Below, piece by piece: positions 35,959 to 47,104 of a DNA stretch of 64,000 bases (position 1 is its first letter; every line of letters begins with the position of its first letter). The stretch is from contig MU053472.1 in assembly GCA_013239625.1 (NCBI GenBank), positions 62,001-126,000 of the forward strand. The letters are read 5' to 3'. Position numbers and translations under genes: made by a program. The notes beneath the pieces are model-generated. The model was not told where the DNA came from, did no database searches, and saw nothing but the letters and a program-made list of their open reading frames with translations. This DNA comes from Lama guanicoe. Its lineage: Eukaryota.

Positions 35959-38309
35959 TCCATGTATATCTCAGACTCACTCTGCTTATCAATGTTTATT
36001 GTTTAAAAGCATGCTGGGATTTTATTAGGATTGCATTGAATCTATTCATCAATTTGAGGAGAATAACAACTCTTTGAATTAGGAACTATTATTATCCCCA
36101 TTATCGAGATGAGAAAACTGAGGTTTGGAGCGCTTAAGCAACTTGTCCAAGGTCACATGGCCAGGATGTAAACCCAATGCTGCACTTCACCATGTCTGAC
36201 TTCAGAGCATGCACACTGAACCATTCCTTCCAAGTAAACCGAAGTATCTATCTCTATTACTTATACCACTAAACAGATATGAAGCCTCTGAGGACAGAGA
36301 ATATGTCATCCACGTTTGGATCTCCTTAGCTTCTAGACAGTGCCCAGGACAAAGGAACTGCTCAATAAATGTTTATTAAGTGATTTGTTAAATGAGTGAA
36401 TGAGCAAGAGAGGGAATCACTAGCTTCTGAGAACATAATCGTATGCTGACAGCTAAATATATCTGTATTTGCTCCTTAGATACAAACCTCTGAAATAAAC
36501 AAACATCAATTAAGGCGAAATTTTGTTTTATTCCATTTTAACCCCTAAGAGCCCGGGTCTTACCACAGTAAATCAGATCCAGTGTAGAATTTTGCCCCTG
36601 AGGAAGACATCAAAGGACAGGGGTTGGCTGGGAACACTCATCATCCTTCACGTTCACCTAACTGCTATCTGATTTCCTCTAAGCATCTATCCAACTTGCC
36701 TCATTTTGATCCACCTGCCACGACTGAATTGGAATAACAGCCGGAGAGCCTTGTGATCAACGCTGCTCGGTACCCGGGGAGTTGGTTGGATATGGGCTGC
36801 TCTGCACACTTCTCCTCCCCAACAGCACCCTAGTTTCCTTGATTGGAATCATCTCTTCTGCACCAAGCATAGTCTGTGGTCTTACTTGCTCTGAATCATG
36901 AGGTGGGCAGGTGACCCAAGCTTGACTAGTCTGATGTTCCTTTCCTGGGACTGGAATTTTGAGCAAAGAGCAAATAAGCAGCGATTGGCTGCAGCGTCAA
37001 ACCACCCTGGCCGGCACTAACCAGGCAGCTCCTCTGAGAAGATCCCTGCTGAGATTTCCCAACCGTGGCTCCCAGTCTCCTTCAAGGGGGCTCCAGTAGC
37101 CTTCCAATAAACTTCTTTTCTGCTTAAGTTAGTTTGAGTTGCAACCAAAAAATTCCTAACTGATACTGAATCTAATGCCCGAAGTGGGATGTTGCAAGGC
37201 TAAGCAGAGACATTTGGGTGAAGGGAAAGAATTGACATGAGAATTTAGTCACTCTTCTTCATATTATAGTAAACTGGTGAGGGTGCCAGGTATAGCTCAG
37301 TGGTAGAGCATGTGCTTAGTATGCACAAAGTCCTGGATTCAATCCTCAATATCTCCATTAAAAAAATCTATATAGTAAACAGCTGGTTAATCTGTTGCCT
37401 ATTAAGCTTTGAGACTCAGACTGTGTGCTTCTTGAGGCTTTAACATGAAAGGACATTGTAATAAAATTCCGAATTCTGGAGTATGCTGATAACTTCTTCA
37501 GCAAGGTCTTTCAAGAAAGATCGGATTAAACTGAACCTGATCCATTCGAAAGTAAGAGAGGGAAGATCCCTGAGTCTCATTATTATCCATGGCATTAGCC
37601 AGAAGAAAGTAAACTAGAATCCCATTGACTTTTTAAGGACATCATTTTGCCAAAGAAACCTCAAAGCTCGTCCTCCATGGTCTGTGAGAGTGATCTCCAG
37701 GCCCCCAACCTCACATCACAGGAAGAGAGCTGCTAAAACAGCGCAGAAAGGGCTTCCTTTGTGTTGGTATCGCAGTATCATGTACACATACACACCGTAT
37801 GCGGAGAGAGCTGATGGCTACTCTAAAGCTTTGTTAAGTTACATAGTCTTGTATAGCAAAGAAGAATGATAAGGGAAATGGTTAACAGGCCGTGTCTGGC
37901 TCAAGGTCAGAAGACCCTTTATGTTTTGGTAAATCATGTTCGTATTGGCACCAGCGAGCCTTACAGCTTATCAGGGCAGAATGTATGAGAAACGGCTGCT
38001 TCACAGCATTCTTCTCGGACTCAGGCGGCTGTGCCTGTCTTAGGTTGCCCCCCTCCGGGGATCTTACCCGTCATTGGCTAACCAGCCTTCTCACCTCTGA
38101 GTCTGCAGCTTTTTAAAACTTGTTTACCATTCCAGCTCAAGGCTTGTTCCTTTGTTCCCACAGTCGGGGAGCTACACTTTGCAATGTGCATGTCATATGG
38201 TCCACGAGGGACAATCCACAAGAGAGACTTTCCCAAAGAGACAAGCATGGGCCACAGAGGGCAGAAGGCAAAGGGGAGCCTTCCATAAGGTAGGAGTGGG
38301 GAAGACATC
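35959..38309 (+). repeat. Tandem duplication, copy 2
   Basis: Near-identical to 33615-35960. By eye I found 5 substitutions and 2 small insertions. The copies share TC at the junction. Confidence 0.97.
37275..37370 (+). mobile_element. Duplicate of the SINE at 34927
   Basis: Same sequence and same TSD (37265-37274 and 37371-37380). Confidence 0.9.
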
Positions 38310-38744
38310 TACTCACTGCCGGGGTGGGATCCGTGCGATTTCTGGTAGAATATGACATGGGCTATGGAGGGGTGACCACTGAGAGTCGGTGCCTGTTCTT
38401 TTCTTTCCCAAGTGGAAGTTTTTACTGCAATTACGCTGTCCTCTCTCCATTACAGTCTACTGAGTGCATAACAGTGATTAAATTTACCATTTAGCCTCAC
38501 TGGACCACACAGGACCACAAGAGCTCTATGTATGAGGCTCTGTTCCATGAACAAGACTATCTTGTCTCTGTTGGGAAAAGAGGTTGCCTGTGTTTATGTA
38601 AAGGGTAGGTATTTTTGAAGGTATATTTATGGGGATATAGATGCGTGTGGATATTGGGTAGTTAAAGAATGTGGACTGTACTGGATAGATGTTTTTGCAA
38701 CTCAGCATGCACTCACTTTTCTTCTGATAAAATAACTCATCCAG

Positions 38745-39168
38745 ATGTGCTTTGGTTAGCATCGAGATCCTGCCCCTAGATCTAGGGGGTGGGCCTTGAT
38801 CCTCTTCAGCCAATCAGCATGTCTTATCACCTGGCTATGTAGAGAGAGCCAATGAAATCTGACATCTATGCTAAGTCTGGAAAGAGAAGAGCCCCTCACC
38901 CCTCTCTCCCCATCTCTCTTCAATGGAAGTTACTGGAAAGAGGATCTCCCTTCCTCTGGACGGCGTCTTGTTAAGACGTGAGACTTGGGGTCGCTGTGGG
39001 AGATGGGGAGGAGCTGGCCCTTGGCGACACGATTTGAAGCTAATCCTCACCTGAATCTGTCCCACCTCAGCCCTGTTCAGTTAGGGAAGTAGAATTTCCC
39101 CATGTGATTTAAGCCAGTTTGAGTTATGTTCTCTGTCACTTGCAGTGGAAGGGGTTCTAACAGGCACA
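38745..39168 (+). mobile_element. Ancient MaLR LTR (MLT1J/K/L-like), probable 3' LTR
   Basis: agccaatcagcatgtcttatcacctggcta...tttaagccagtttgagttatgttctctgtcacttgcag...ctaacaggcaca. Confidence 0.7.
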
Positions 39169-39214
39169 TTCGTGGGGTTGGTACGTTTACCTTTTAATCA
39201 CAAAACTTGTTGTT

Positions 39215-39430
39215 TATCAAGAGCTTTATGGTTTACAAAGCATTTGCACAGACAGACAGACCTCTTGATCTTGTCATCTCCCCTGTAAGGCAGGCAGACC
39301 TTATATTAGCATCCTCCTTTTACTAGATGAGGAACCTGGGGTGGAGAGATTCCACTTTGCCCAAAGACACCCAGCCAGTGATTAGAGGAGCTGGAGCTTG
39401 GACCCAGGTCTGATTCCAGGGAAAAGTTCT
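39215..39430 (-). mobile_element. MIR SINE
   Basis: gagctttatggtttacaaagcatttgcac...ttttactagatgaggaacct...tttgcccaaagacacccagccagt...gacccaggtctgattcca. Confidence 0.7.
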
Positions 39431-40329
39431 CCTGTGACAGTGGGGGTTGCTCAGAAGCCATCACAAAACGTAGCAAGTAAAACAAGATAGACACGCACTC
39501 AATCTGCCTGATCTCTTCACCTCACATTCTCAACAGCAGTGCCTTGGTGTCAGTTCCTGAGCCCTGGTACACTTGCTTCTGCGGGAGGGGAAATGACTCC
39601 GTTTGAGATATCTCTGGTGCAGTCAAGCAGGAGGTCATTTTCCCTTGTGGTTTCATTGATTTTATGACAAGGGAGTCTGTGATCTTAGTTGGAAATATTT
39701 ATACTTCAAGGAGAGAACCTCGGGGGACTCAGTCATGTCTGTAGGCCAGTCACTCCCAGGGACCTTCTTAATTTAGGGATTCCTCCCTGCCCCCCCCCCG
39801 CCTCCTCTGTCTGTCTTCCTTTACACAGGGCGGGGCCTCGTGAGTAATGTATTCTTGAGACTGGAGCTCCAGATCCCACGTGGAGGAGTGAATTACAAGT
39901 GAATGCACCTCCAGGATGGGGCAGCCTCCCTTGCCCTGGCGGCACTTCAAAGCTTCCTGAAAACTCCCCAGGGAGAACAGCCAGTCTCCGAGGGGCTCCG
40001 TGCAATCCTCTAATGGCTCTGTTGGACACCTGCAAGGATTCTCCAAGATCTGCAGGCTTCACTCATTTGTTTCCACACTGTTCTCAGGCAGTTAGCCACG
40101 CCCCTTGGCAGAAGGAGACACCAAGACACAGGGAGGCCGAGGTTGTAACCTGCAGATGTCGGTCTGGGATGCCATCATCGACCCACCTAAGAAAGGAAGG
40201 ACTGTGTCTTGTCTATCTTTGAATTCTCATCTCTAGCACATATTATGGCAATGGCTGGGACTCAATACCTTTTTGTGGAAAGAGTGGGTGATTTTGCTAT
40301 CCTGGTCTTTATGTCAAATTCGATTCAAG

Positions 40330-40430
40330 ACATGTCTTGAAAGCAGACCCTCCAGCCCCAGTCAAGCCTTCAGATGACTGCAACCCAGCCAACGTCTTGA
40401 CTGCAATCTCACGAGAGACCCTGACCCAGG
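40330..40430 (+). mobile_element. MLT1 (MaLR) LTR fragment
   Basis: gcagaccctccagccccagtcaagccttcagatgactgcaacccagccaacgtcttgactgcaatctcacgagagaccctgacccag. Confidence 0.8.
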
Positions 40431-41388
40431 GAAGGGGCACTGAAGCCTTAGGAATCCAGTCTTGGAGCCAAACATTCACCATCCTGATGGGCCCTAACGC
40501 TCACCTACGAGGTGCAGAAGCGGGCTGTGCCACGTCCTCTGTTGTCAGAAACTCGATCTGCAGGCTGTGGACCAATTCCACCAGGTCTGAGGACACCACA
40601 AAGACAGCAAAAAGACACTTGGCCTGAGGCAAAGGGCCATACACAGAGGCTTCAGGCAGCCACTCCGTGTGTCCTGAGGGGAACCTCCATGGCTGGGCTA
40701 CCCTTGCGTGGGGACAAACTGCAAGGCTGTGCACAGGCAGACTTGACGGTGACTTGAAGGCTGGGGAAATGCCCTGTGCAGTGGCTGGGATTTGTTGAGG
40801 AATCAAGAGCTTGACCCAAATCGAGGGACTTTATGGGAACCATGCCAATAGTTTGCAGCCTCGTTGGGTGGCCCTATTTGAACGTCTTCTCTCTGCCCTT
40901 CCATTTCTTCATTGTCAAGTCAGGCATCCTTGCATCTCCCTTTGCAGGGTCTCCAGGGCCAGGCTTGCCAATACGGAGCAGAATGGAAGTGCCCCCCAGG
41001 GGGCTAATTTTGGTTTTCCTCCTGGAAGGAAGCACTTCTGACTTGAAATGAGCAAATTTCCTTGCCCATTAAAAACAAAAAACAAAAAAACAACAACATG
41101 CAGATACTCCCTTGGGCTGACAGGTCTACCTGATTTGTCATTGGCATTTAGGGATCATGCAGGACATTTACAGTATTTTTGTTTGTCTGGAACTTAGGGG
41201 GTTTCCTGGGATATGGGGCTTTCAGTGTTAAAACAGGGACAGGTCTGGGCAAATAGGGCACCTACTGCCATTTAGATAAGTGGAAAGCCAGGTAAATACA
41301 GATAGTTTTTCTTCAATAAAAAATTGATGATAATATTTATCACTTACCTTCAGGACAACATACCTTTTTTCTTTTTTAAAACTTTCCA

Positions 41389-41529
41389 GACGGAGGATAT
41401 AGTTCAAGTGGTAAAGCGCATACTTAGCATGCACAAGGTCCTGGGTTCAATCCCCAGTACCTCCTCTTAAAAAAAAATAAATAAGTCATAAAACCTAATT
41501 ACCTTCCCCTGCCAAAAAATAAAATAAAA
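41389..41529 (+). mobile_element. tRNA-derived SINE (vic-1-like)
   Basis: B box GGTTCAATCC and an A-rich tail. TSD TAAAACTTTCCA at 41377-41388 and 41530-41541, at a TT/AAAA site. Confidence 0.92.
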
Positions 41530-42334
41530 TAAAACTTTCCAAAGTTTTTATTTTGAAAAAATATCAAATTGCAAAAAGTTGAAAAAATAATTTGATGAGC
41601 AGCCTTCTCCTAGATTCACAAATCATTCACTTTTGTGACATTGGCGTGCTCTGTCTGTCTGTCTTCTATTTATCTACTTGTATTTTTTTTTTTTTGCTAA
41701 ATGACTTGAAAGTAAGTTATAGATATCATGAAATTATGTCCCTAAATACTTAGTATACATCCAGGAGAACATCTCTTAATAAGAAATCAAACCCTTGGTA
41801 CTGAATTTCTTCTGGACCGTCCAGTGCTCTTTCCGGCGGAAGGACCGACTTCTGCTTCCGAGACTTGTCCTCTCTGCCTCAGAGTCGGTTTCTGTAGCAG
41901 CACCTGCGGATGATAACTCACCGGGAGGACTGTGTTTTTTCTAGAAAGACAAGTAAGGTGAGAAGTAGGTTATTCTGTGGGTAAACATGCCTGCGAGGGA
42001 GAAAGCTGTTTAATTTAAATGCGAGCAAGGCTCTCCAAGGGACATCTGATTTTTATGGACTTGCATTCTTCTCGAATACGATTATCAGGCTACAAAATTT
42101 ATTGTGCAAGAAAAGTGACTTTTTTTTTAAAGCGCTTAGCTCCATTTCTGTTAGGAGTGTTTGTTGTATGTCTCCGTGGTATCGTGGCAGTGGGAACTTG
42201 ATCGTAGCCAGTTCTAAGGTCCTCATCTTTTCTTCAAGGTTACGTCTAAGTTCAGGGCAGGGGAGTGGGTGGTGTTAAGGTGCAGGGCAAGGGTGGGGGC
42301 GGTGCCCTCTGTTACTGAGAGCAAATACTTTTCG

Positions 42335-42500
42335 AGCACTTGTGCCGCATTCTCTCTGTTTATCTCACATCAGTACTGATCTGCGCTATTTTTAATCCCC
42401 ATTTTACATTTGAGGCACAGAGAAGAGACTTCCACCAGGATGACACAGCTAGTAAGAGGCAGAGCTGAGGTTTGAAACCCTGGGGCTTGATTCTAGAGGC
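42335..42500 (-). mobile_element. MIR SINE
   Basis: atccccattttacatttgaggcacagagaagag...gacacagctagtaagaggcagagctgaggtttgaaaccc. Confidence 0.75.
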
Positions 42501-43339
42501 AGCCCGCCGAGGGGCATCCGTTAATGTCGATGGCTCGCTGTGCCCTGACCCAGGCCCTCTGGATGGAGCAGTGAGACGAGCAGAGCAGACAGAGCCCTCT
42601 GCCCTGGAGGAGCCCCCCACCCTGGCCTCTGTGCCCCGCCGCCTCTTTTCAGCAGCCCTGAGCCATCACCCCCTCCCTTCTTGGTCCTAAGGCAGCATTT
42701 TCTCTCATCCCCCCCTAGAGGCCTTGAGGCCTGTGAGCCTCTTTTCGCTTCCACATCTCCTAGGAAGGCAGATACTTGGTCTGCTCTGTGCACTGGGCGG
42801 GTCAGAGGGAAACTGGCAGGGCTGAGACCTCTTCCACTTCCAGCTGCTCTCAAACCCAGGGCACTTTTGCCGGGTCAGCGCCCAGGGAGCAGCTGGGTGG
42901 CAGGGCCACACCAGGCACATCGAACGCGCACCCCGGCTGCCCCCGCTCTGGGGTCTGAACATTTACCTCCGGTGGGAACAGGGGCCAGGGCTCCACTTCT
43001 CAGGGGGCCAGTGTTTGCCTCTCTCCCCTCCCCCCTTCCCTGGGGGCAGGAAACTGGCTCTAACTCTCCCAGCTTATTCCATGTCCTGAGTTACTTCACA
43101 GCCAGGGATTTTGAGTTTCCAAACCCTAAAGGCTTCTCTACTCACTCCGGAAAAATCCCTTCCCTCCAATGGGATGTGTGTGGCTGGTCCCAAGGATCAA
43201 GCAAGGTGTAACCGCGATATCAGGGGAACAAAACCAGCTGTTAACCCTGCCCGACGGCCGCCGGCATCATTTCTACTCTCAGACCCTATAAATACGCACT
43301 TCTCATGCATTATTAATGCTCACAATACCTCTTTGACAC

Positions 43340-43505
43340 ACACCCCTCTTTGTGCCTCAGTTTACTCACTTGCAAAAAGTAGGGGTAATAATAGTACCTC
43401 GTAGATGGCTGGAAAGATTAAAATGAGTTAAAAGGTTTCAAGGACTCAGAACAATTTCTGGCAAAGAGTGGGTGTCCTGTAAACTGTCAGCCGTTATCGT
43501 TGTAA
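43340..43505 (+). mobile_element. MIR SINE
   Basis: ctctttgtgcctcagtttactcacttgcaaaa...ggggtaataatagtacctcgtag...gattaaaatgagttaa. Confidence 0.8.
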
Positions 43506-43574
43506 TAATTTCTTGTATTTGTCTTTTCCTTTATACATAGACGGGGGAAGGACAATGCTTTGTGGGTTTTTTTT

Positions 43575-44876
43575 TTCAAGATAAATACTATTTTCTAACA
43601 TTTTTTATTGATTTATAATCATTTTACAATGTTGTGTCAAATTCCGGTGTTCAGCACATTTTTTCAGTCATTCATGGACATGTACACACTCATTGTCACA
43701 TTTTTTTCTCTGTGAGCTACCATAAGATCTTGTATATATTTCCCTGTGCTATACAGNNNNNNNNNNNNNNNNNNNNNNNNNNNNNNNNNNNNNNNNNNNN
43801 NNNNNNNNNNNNNNNNNNNNNNNNNNNNNNNNNNNNNNNNNNNNNNNNNNNNNNNNNNNNNNNNNNNNNNNNNNNNNNNNNNNNNNNNNNNNNNNNNNNN
43901 NNNNNNNNNNNNNNNNNNNNNNNNNNNNNNNNNNNNNNNNNNNNNNNNNNNNNNNNNNNNNNNNNNNNNNNNNNNNNNNNNNNNNNNNNNNNNNNNNNNN
44001 NNNNNNNNNNNNNNNNNNNNNNNNNNNNNNNNNNNNNNNNNNNNNNNNNNNNNNNNNNNNNNNNNNNNNNNNNNNNNNNNNNNNNNNNNNNNNNNNNNNN
44101 NNNNNNNNNNNNNNNNNNNNNNNNNNNNNNNNNNNNNNNNNNNNNNNNNNNNNNNNNNNNNNNNNNNNNNNNNNNNNNNNNNNNNNNNNNNNNNNNNNNN
44201 NNNNNNNNNNNNNNNNNNNNNNNNNNNNNNNNNNNNNNNNNNNNNNNNNNNNNNNNNNNNNNNNNNNNNNNNNNNNNNNNNNNNNNNNNNNNNNNNNNNN
44301 NNNNNNNNNNNNNNNNNNNNNNNNNNNNNNNNNNNNNNNNNNNNNNNNNNNNNNNNNNNNNNNNNNNNNNNNNNNNNNNNNNNNNNNNNNNNNNNNNNNN
44401 NNNNNNNNNNNNNNNNNNNNNNNNNNNNNNNNNNNNNNNNNNNGAATTGCTTGTTTAGGTCTTCTGCCCATTTTTGGATTGGGTTGTTTATTTTTTTCTT
44501 ATTGAGTCATATGAGCTGCTTATATATTCTGGAGATCAAGCCTTTGTCGGTTTCACTTGCAAAAATTTTCTCCCATTCCGTAGGTTTTCTTCTTGTTTTA
44601 CTTCTGGTTTCCTTTGCTGTGCAGAAGCTTGTAAGTTTCATTAGGTCCCATTTGTTTATTCTTGCTTTTATTTCTTCTAGGAGAAAATTTTTGAAATGTA
44701 TGTCAGATAATGTTTTGCCTATGTTTTCCTCTAGGAGGTTTATTGTATCTTGTCTTACGTTTAAGTCTTTAATCTATTTTGAGTTGATTTTTGTATATGG
44801 TGTAAGGGAGTGTTCTAGCTTCATTGATTTACATGCTGCTGTCCAGTTTTCCCAACACCATTTGCTGAAGAGACTG
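43575..44876 (-). mobile_element. Young 5'-truncated L1 spanning the assembly gap
   Basis: L1 3'UTR left of the gap and L1 ORF2 right of it. Perfect 15-bp TSD TTGTGGGTTTTTTTT at 43560-43574 and 44877-44891; empty site TTTT/AA. Confidence 0.9.
43757..44443. other. Assembly gap (687 N)
   Basis: Run of N. Confidence 1.
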
Positions 44877-44891
44877 TTGTGGGTTTTTTTT

Positions 44892-45159
44892 AATTCTCAT
44901 TTTTTATTGAAGTGCAATTTACAGTGTTAGTTCCATGTGTACAGCAGAGCAATTCAGTTATACATATACATATATATTTTTTTTCAGATTCTTTTCTATT
45001 ACAGCTCATTACAAAAAATTGAAAATAGTTCCCTGTGCTATACAGTAGGTCCTTGTTGTTTATCTGTTTTATCTATAGTAATGTGTATCTATTAATCCCA
45101 AACTCCTAATCTATCCCTCCGCTCTCCCCCACTCCCAGTAACCACAGTTTGCTTTCTAT
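44892..45159 (-). mobile_element. Older short L1 3' end; host of the nested L1
   Basis: tttttattgaagtgcaatttacagtg...gttccctgtgctatacagtaggtccttgttg. Outer TSD GGGAAGGACAATGCTTT (43545-43561) / GGGAAGAACAATGTTTT (45160-45176). Confidence 0.88.
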
Positions 45160-45659
45160 GGGAAGAACAATGTTTTAAAGGTTAATTTCTGTACCCTCAG
45201 CACATGCCAGGGTCTGACACATAGTAGGTATTCAGTATATATTGAATTTTAACAGAATGAACAAACTGTTGTGTTTCATTCTGTCTCTTAATAAAAAAAT
45301 CATATTTGATGTAGGCAAGTCACTTGACTCCTCCCCGCCCTCCATCTTCTCCCATCCCTTTCAGAAGGTGGTGTTTCTTGGAATGTCAGGGCTGGGAAAG
45401 ACCTGGGAGGTCATGTAGTCTAAGGGCTACAAGCTCCCGGAAGGGGAAGTGAGGTGCCTGTGGTCAGCTGGTTAGCAGTGAAGGAAGGATTGACAGTTCA
45501 GAAGACAGGACAGGGTTGAGGGGTGGGGAGTTTACTTGCTTCCTTCACATGATTGTTCACTGAGGATCAAAGCTCATCCCTCCCCTGGACTCATTTCTCA
45601 CTGACAACATGAACACTCACTCTAGGCTCGGGGGTGGGAAGAGTACAGACCACGATGCT

Positions 45660-45825
45660 AAACAGATCAGCATTCAGACCTGGGTCTCACCAGTTGTGTG
45701 CCTTGGATAAATGAAGACTCACTTTCCTTTTTTGTAAAATGGGGACAATAAACCAGAGTCTGTGGAAGTTTTGTGAGGATTCGATGAAGTAATGTGTGAA
45801 TGTTTCTAGCATGTAGTAGAAATGC
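45660..45825 (+). mobile_element. MIR SINE
   Basis: tcagacctgggtctcaccagttgtgtgccttggataaat...tgtaaaatggggacaataa...gttttgtgaggatt. Confidence 0.7.
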
Positions 45826-46074
45826 TGTTTTTTTTTTCTTGCCTCCCCCACCCCTCTGCTCTGGTAGCAAACCAAAGACAGGACTCTTATTCTCCTGGAG
45901 ATTATAATCAAAGATATAACTGTGTATCTTGCCAAGAATGAAGATGCTTGAGGAGAGAGGGGCTGAAGGGAACATCACTGGAGAGGGCAAGTTTAGTGGA
46001 GATGCTCTTTGGGAAGGGCGATCCCAGTTTTGAAGCAGAGAGAGCCAACTGATCACCAGGGTGGAGCACAACGC

Positions 46075-46335
46075 TTTCCCAGAGTGCTTTGCAGAGCCCC
46101 CATCCCCCGCCCTGTGACATAGCCTTCCTCACTCTTCCCTCCTCTCCCAGCTTTGCTCATTCACAGCACCTAACACCGCCAACACACACTGTCTTTCTAG
46201 AGTTGTATCCCCAATGAGGTGTGCTCCCCGAGAGCAGGGATTTTATCTGTTTCATGTTCAGGACTATAGCTCCTCTTCCTAGGACGATGTCTAGTGCACT
46301 ATCGTTGTCCAAAAAGTATTTGTTCACTGAATAAG
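46075..46335 (+). mobile_element. L2 3' end
   Basis: gtgctccccgagagcagggattttatctgttt...cctaggacgatgtctagtgcac...aaaagtatttgttcactgaata. Confidence 0.65.
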
Positions 46336-46430
46336 GAGTGACAGGTAGACAGGTAGAAACTGGGTCATCTTGGGAAGAAAGGAAGGATCTGACTGAAAAG
46401 AGGGTCTAAGTTTAAAATATTGAGGAAGGC

Positions 46431-46527
46431 GGAGGGGTGGGTATAGCTCAGTGCTGGAGTGCGTACTTAGCATCCACAAGGGCCAAGGTTCAATCCTCAG
46501 TGCCTCCAACTAAATAAAAATTTTGTT
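46431..46527 (+). mobile_element. tRNA-derived SINE (vic-1-like, short)
   Basis: GGGTATAGCTCAGTG...GGTTCAATCC. 16-bp TSD AAATATTRAGGAAGGC at 46415-46430 and 46528-46543. Confidence 0.92.
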
Positions 46528-47090
46528 AAATATTAAGGAAGGCAGTGGATGGTGCTAAGGCACAGAGGCCGATTTGATCATTTCCAACTGCAGAGAGACG
46601 GTCTCAGCTGTGGAGCTGGTGGAGTGGCTTCCCTCCCTTAGAAGGCCCACATTCCTGACCTTTGACCAGCTCCTTTCACTCTCATACCAGCTCGTGAGCC
46701 TTCAGAGATAACCTCACCCACCCAAGACCCTGGGTGCCTTTAGGTCAGTCCTTTTACACGGGGATTATCTGTAGTCGCAAGTCATTCTCGGCTGCATTTG
46801 ACTTGGGTGAACGTGGGTCCAGGAAGAGCAAGGTGTTCGACTGTCCAGAAGATTCACACCATAGGAAGACTCGGCGCCCACTGAGAACATGGTTGAATCA
46901 CCAAGCATCTTGTTTGTGTTGGAGGGTGAGGTAAACTCTAGGAGCCTTCACCCATAAAGCTGTCTGCAGTATTGAAAACATGCTTCATAAAAACTCCCTG
47001 GTGACCAGGAATGTACCCTTCCAGTGTGGGACGGGACTCCAAACATTCCAAAAACCTGAATGACCACCGTTTGCCCAGGTTTGCTGCTGT

Positions 47091-47104
47091 ACAGTAGAGG
47101 GCGC
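47091..47104 (+). promoter_or_regulatory. Candidate CTCF site
   Basis: ACAGTAGAGGGCGC: one mismatch (first base) to CCASYAGRKGGCRS, with the CpG retained. It lies in unique sequence. Confidence 0.4.

Larger units (their letters stand above)
33615..35960 (+). repeat. Tandem duplication, copy 1 (about 2.35 kb)
   Basis: Runs from TCCATGTATATCTCAGACTC to GGGGAAGACATC and is repeated immediately downstream. Identical ORFs appear twice in the ORF track (34409-34618 and 36757-36966). Confidence 0.97.
34820..38460 (+). mobile_element. MaLR internal-region remnant, partly duplicated: 34820-35960 and 37168-38460
   Basis: Starts right after the LTR with gaagtgggatgttgc. Ends with the MLT-int-like gggctatggaggggtgaccactg...ttcttttctttcccaagtggaagtttttactgcaatta. 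Confidence 0.5.

Noticed and set aside
38773..38788. Perfect 16-bp palindrome CCCCTAGATCTAGGGG
   Set aside because: About one is expected by chance in 64 kb, and it lies in an old LTR.
42681..43211. 176-aa GC-rich ORF
   Set aside because: Pro/Gly/Ala/Arg-rich composition typical of chance ORFs in GC-rich DNA, with no domain or splice support.
43634..44930. The longest ORFs in the track (240-394 aa)
   Set aside because: Artefacts of translating through the N gap. The flanking residues come from L1 sequence.
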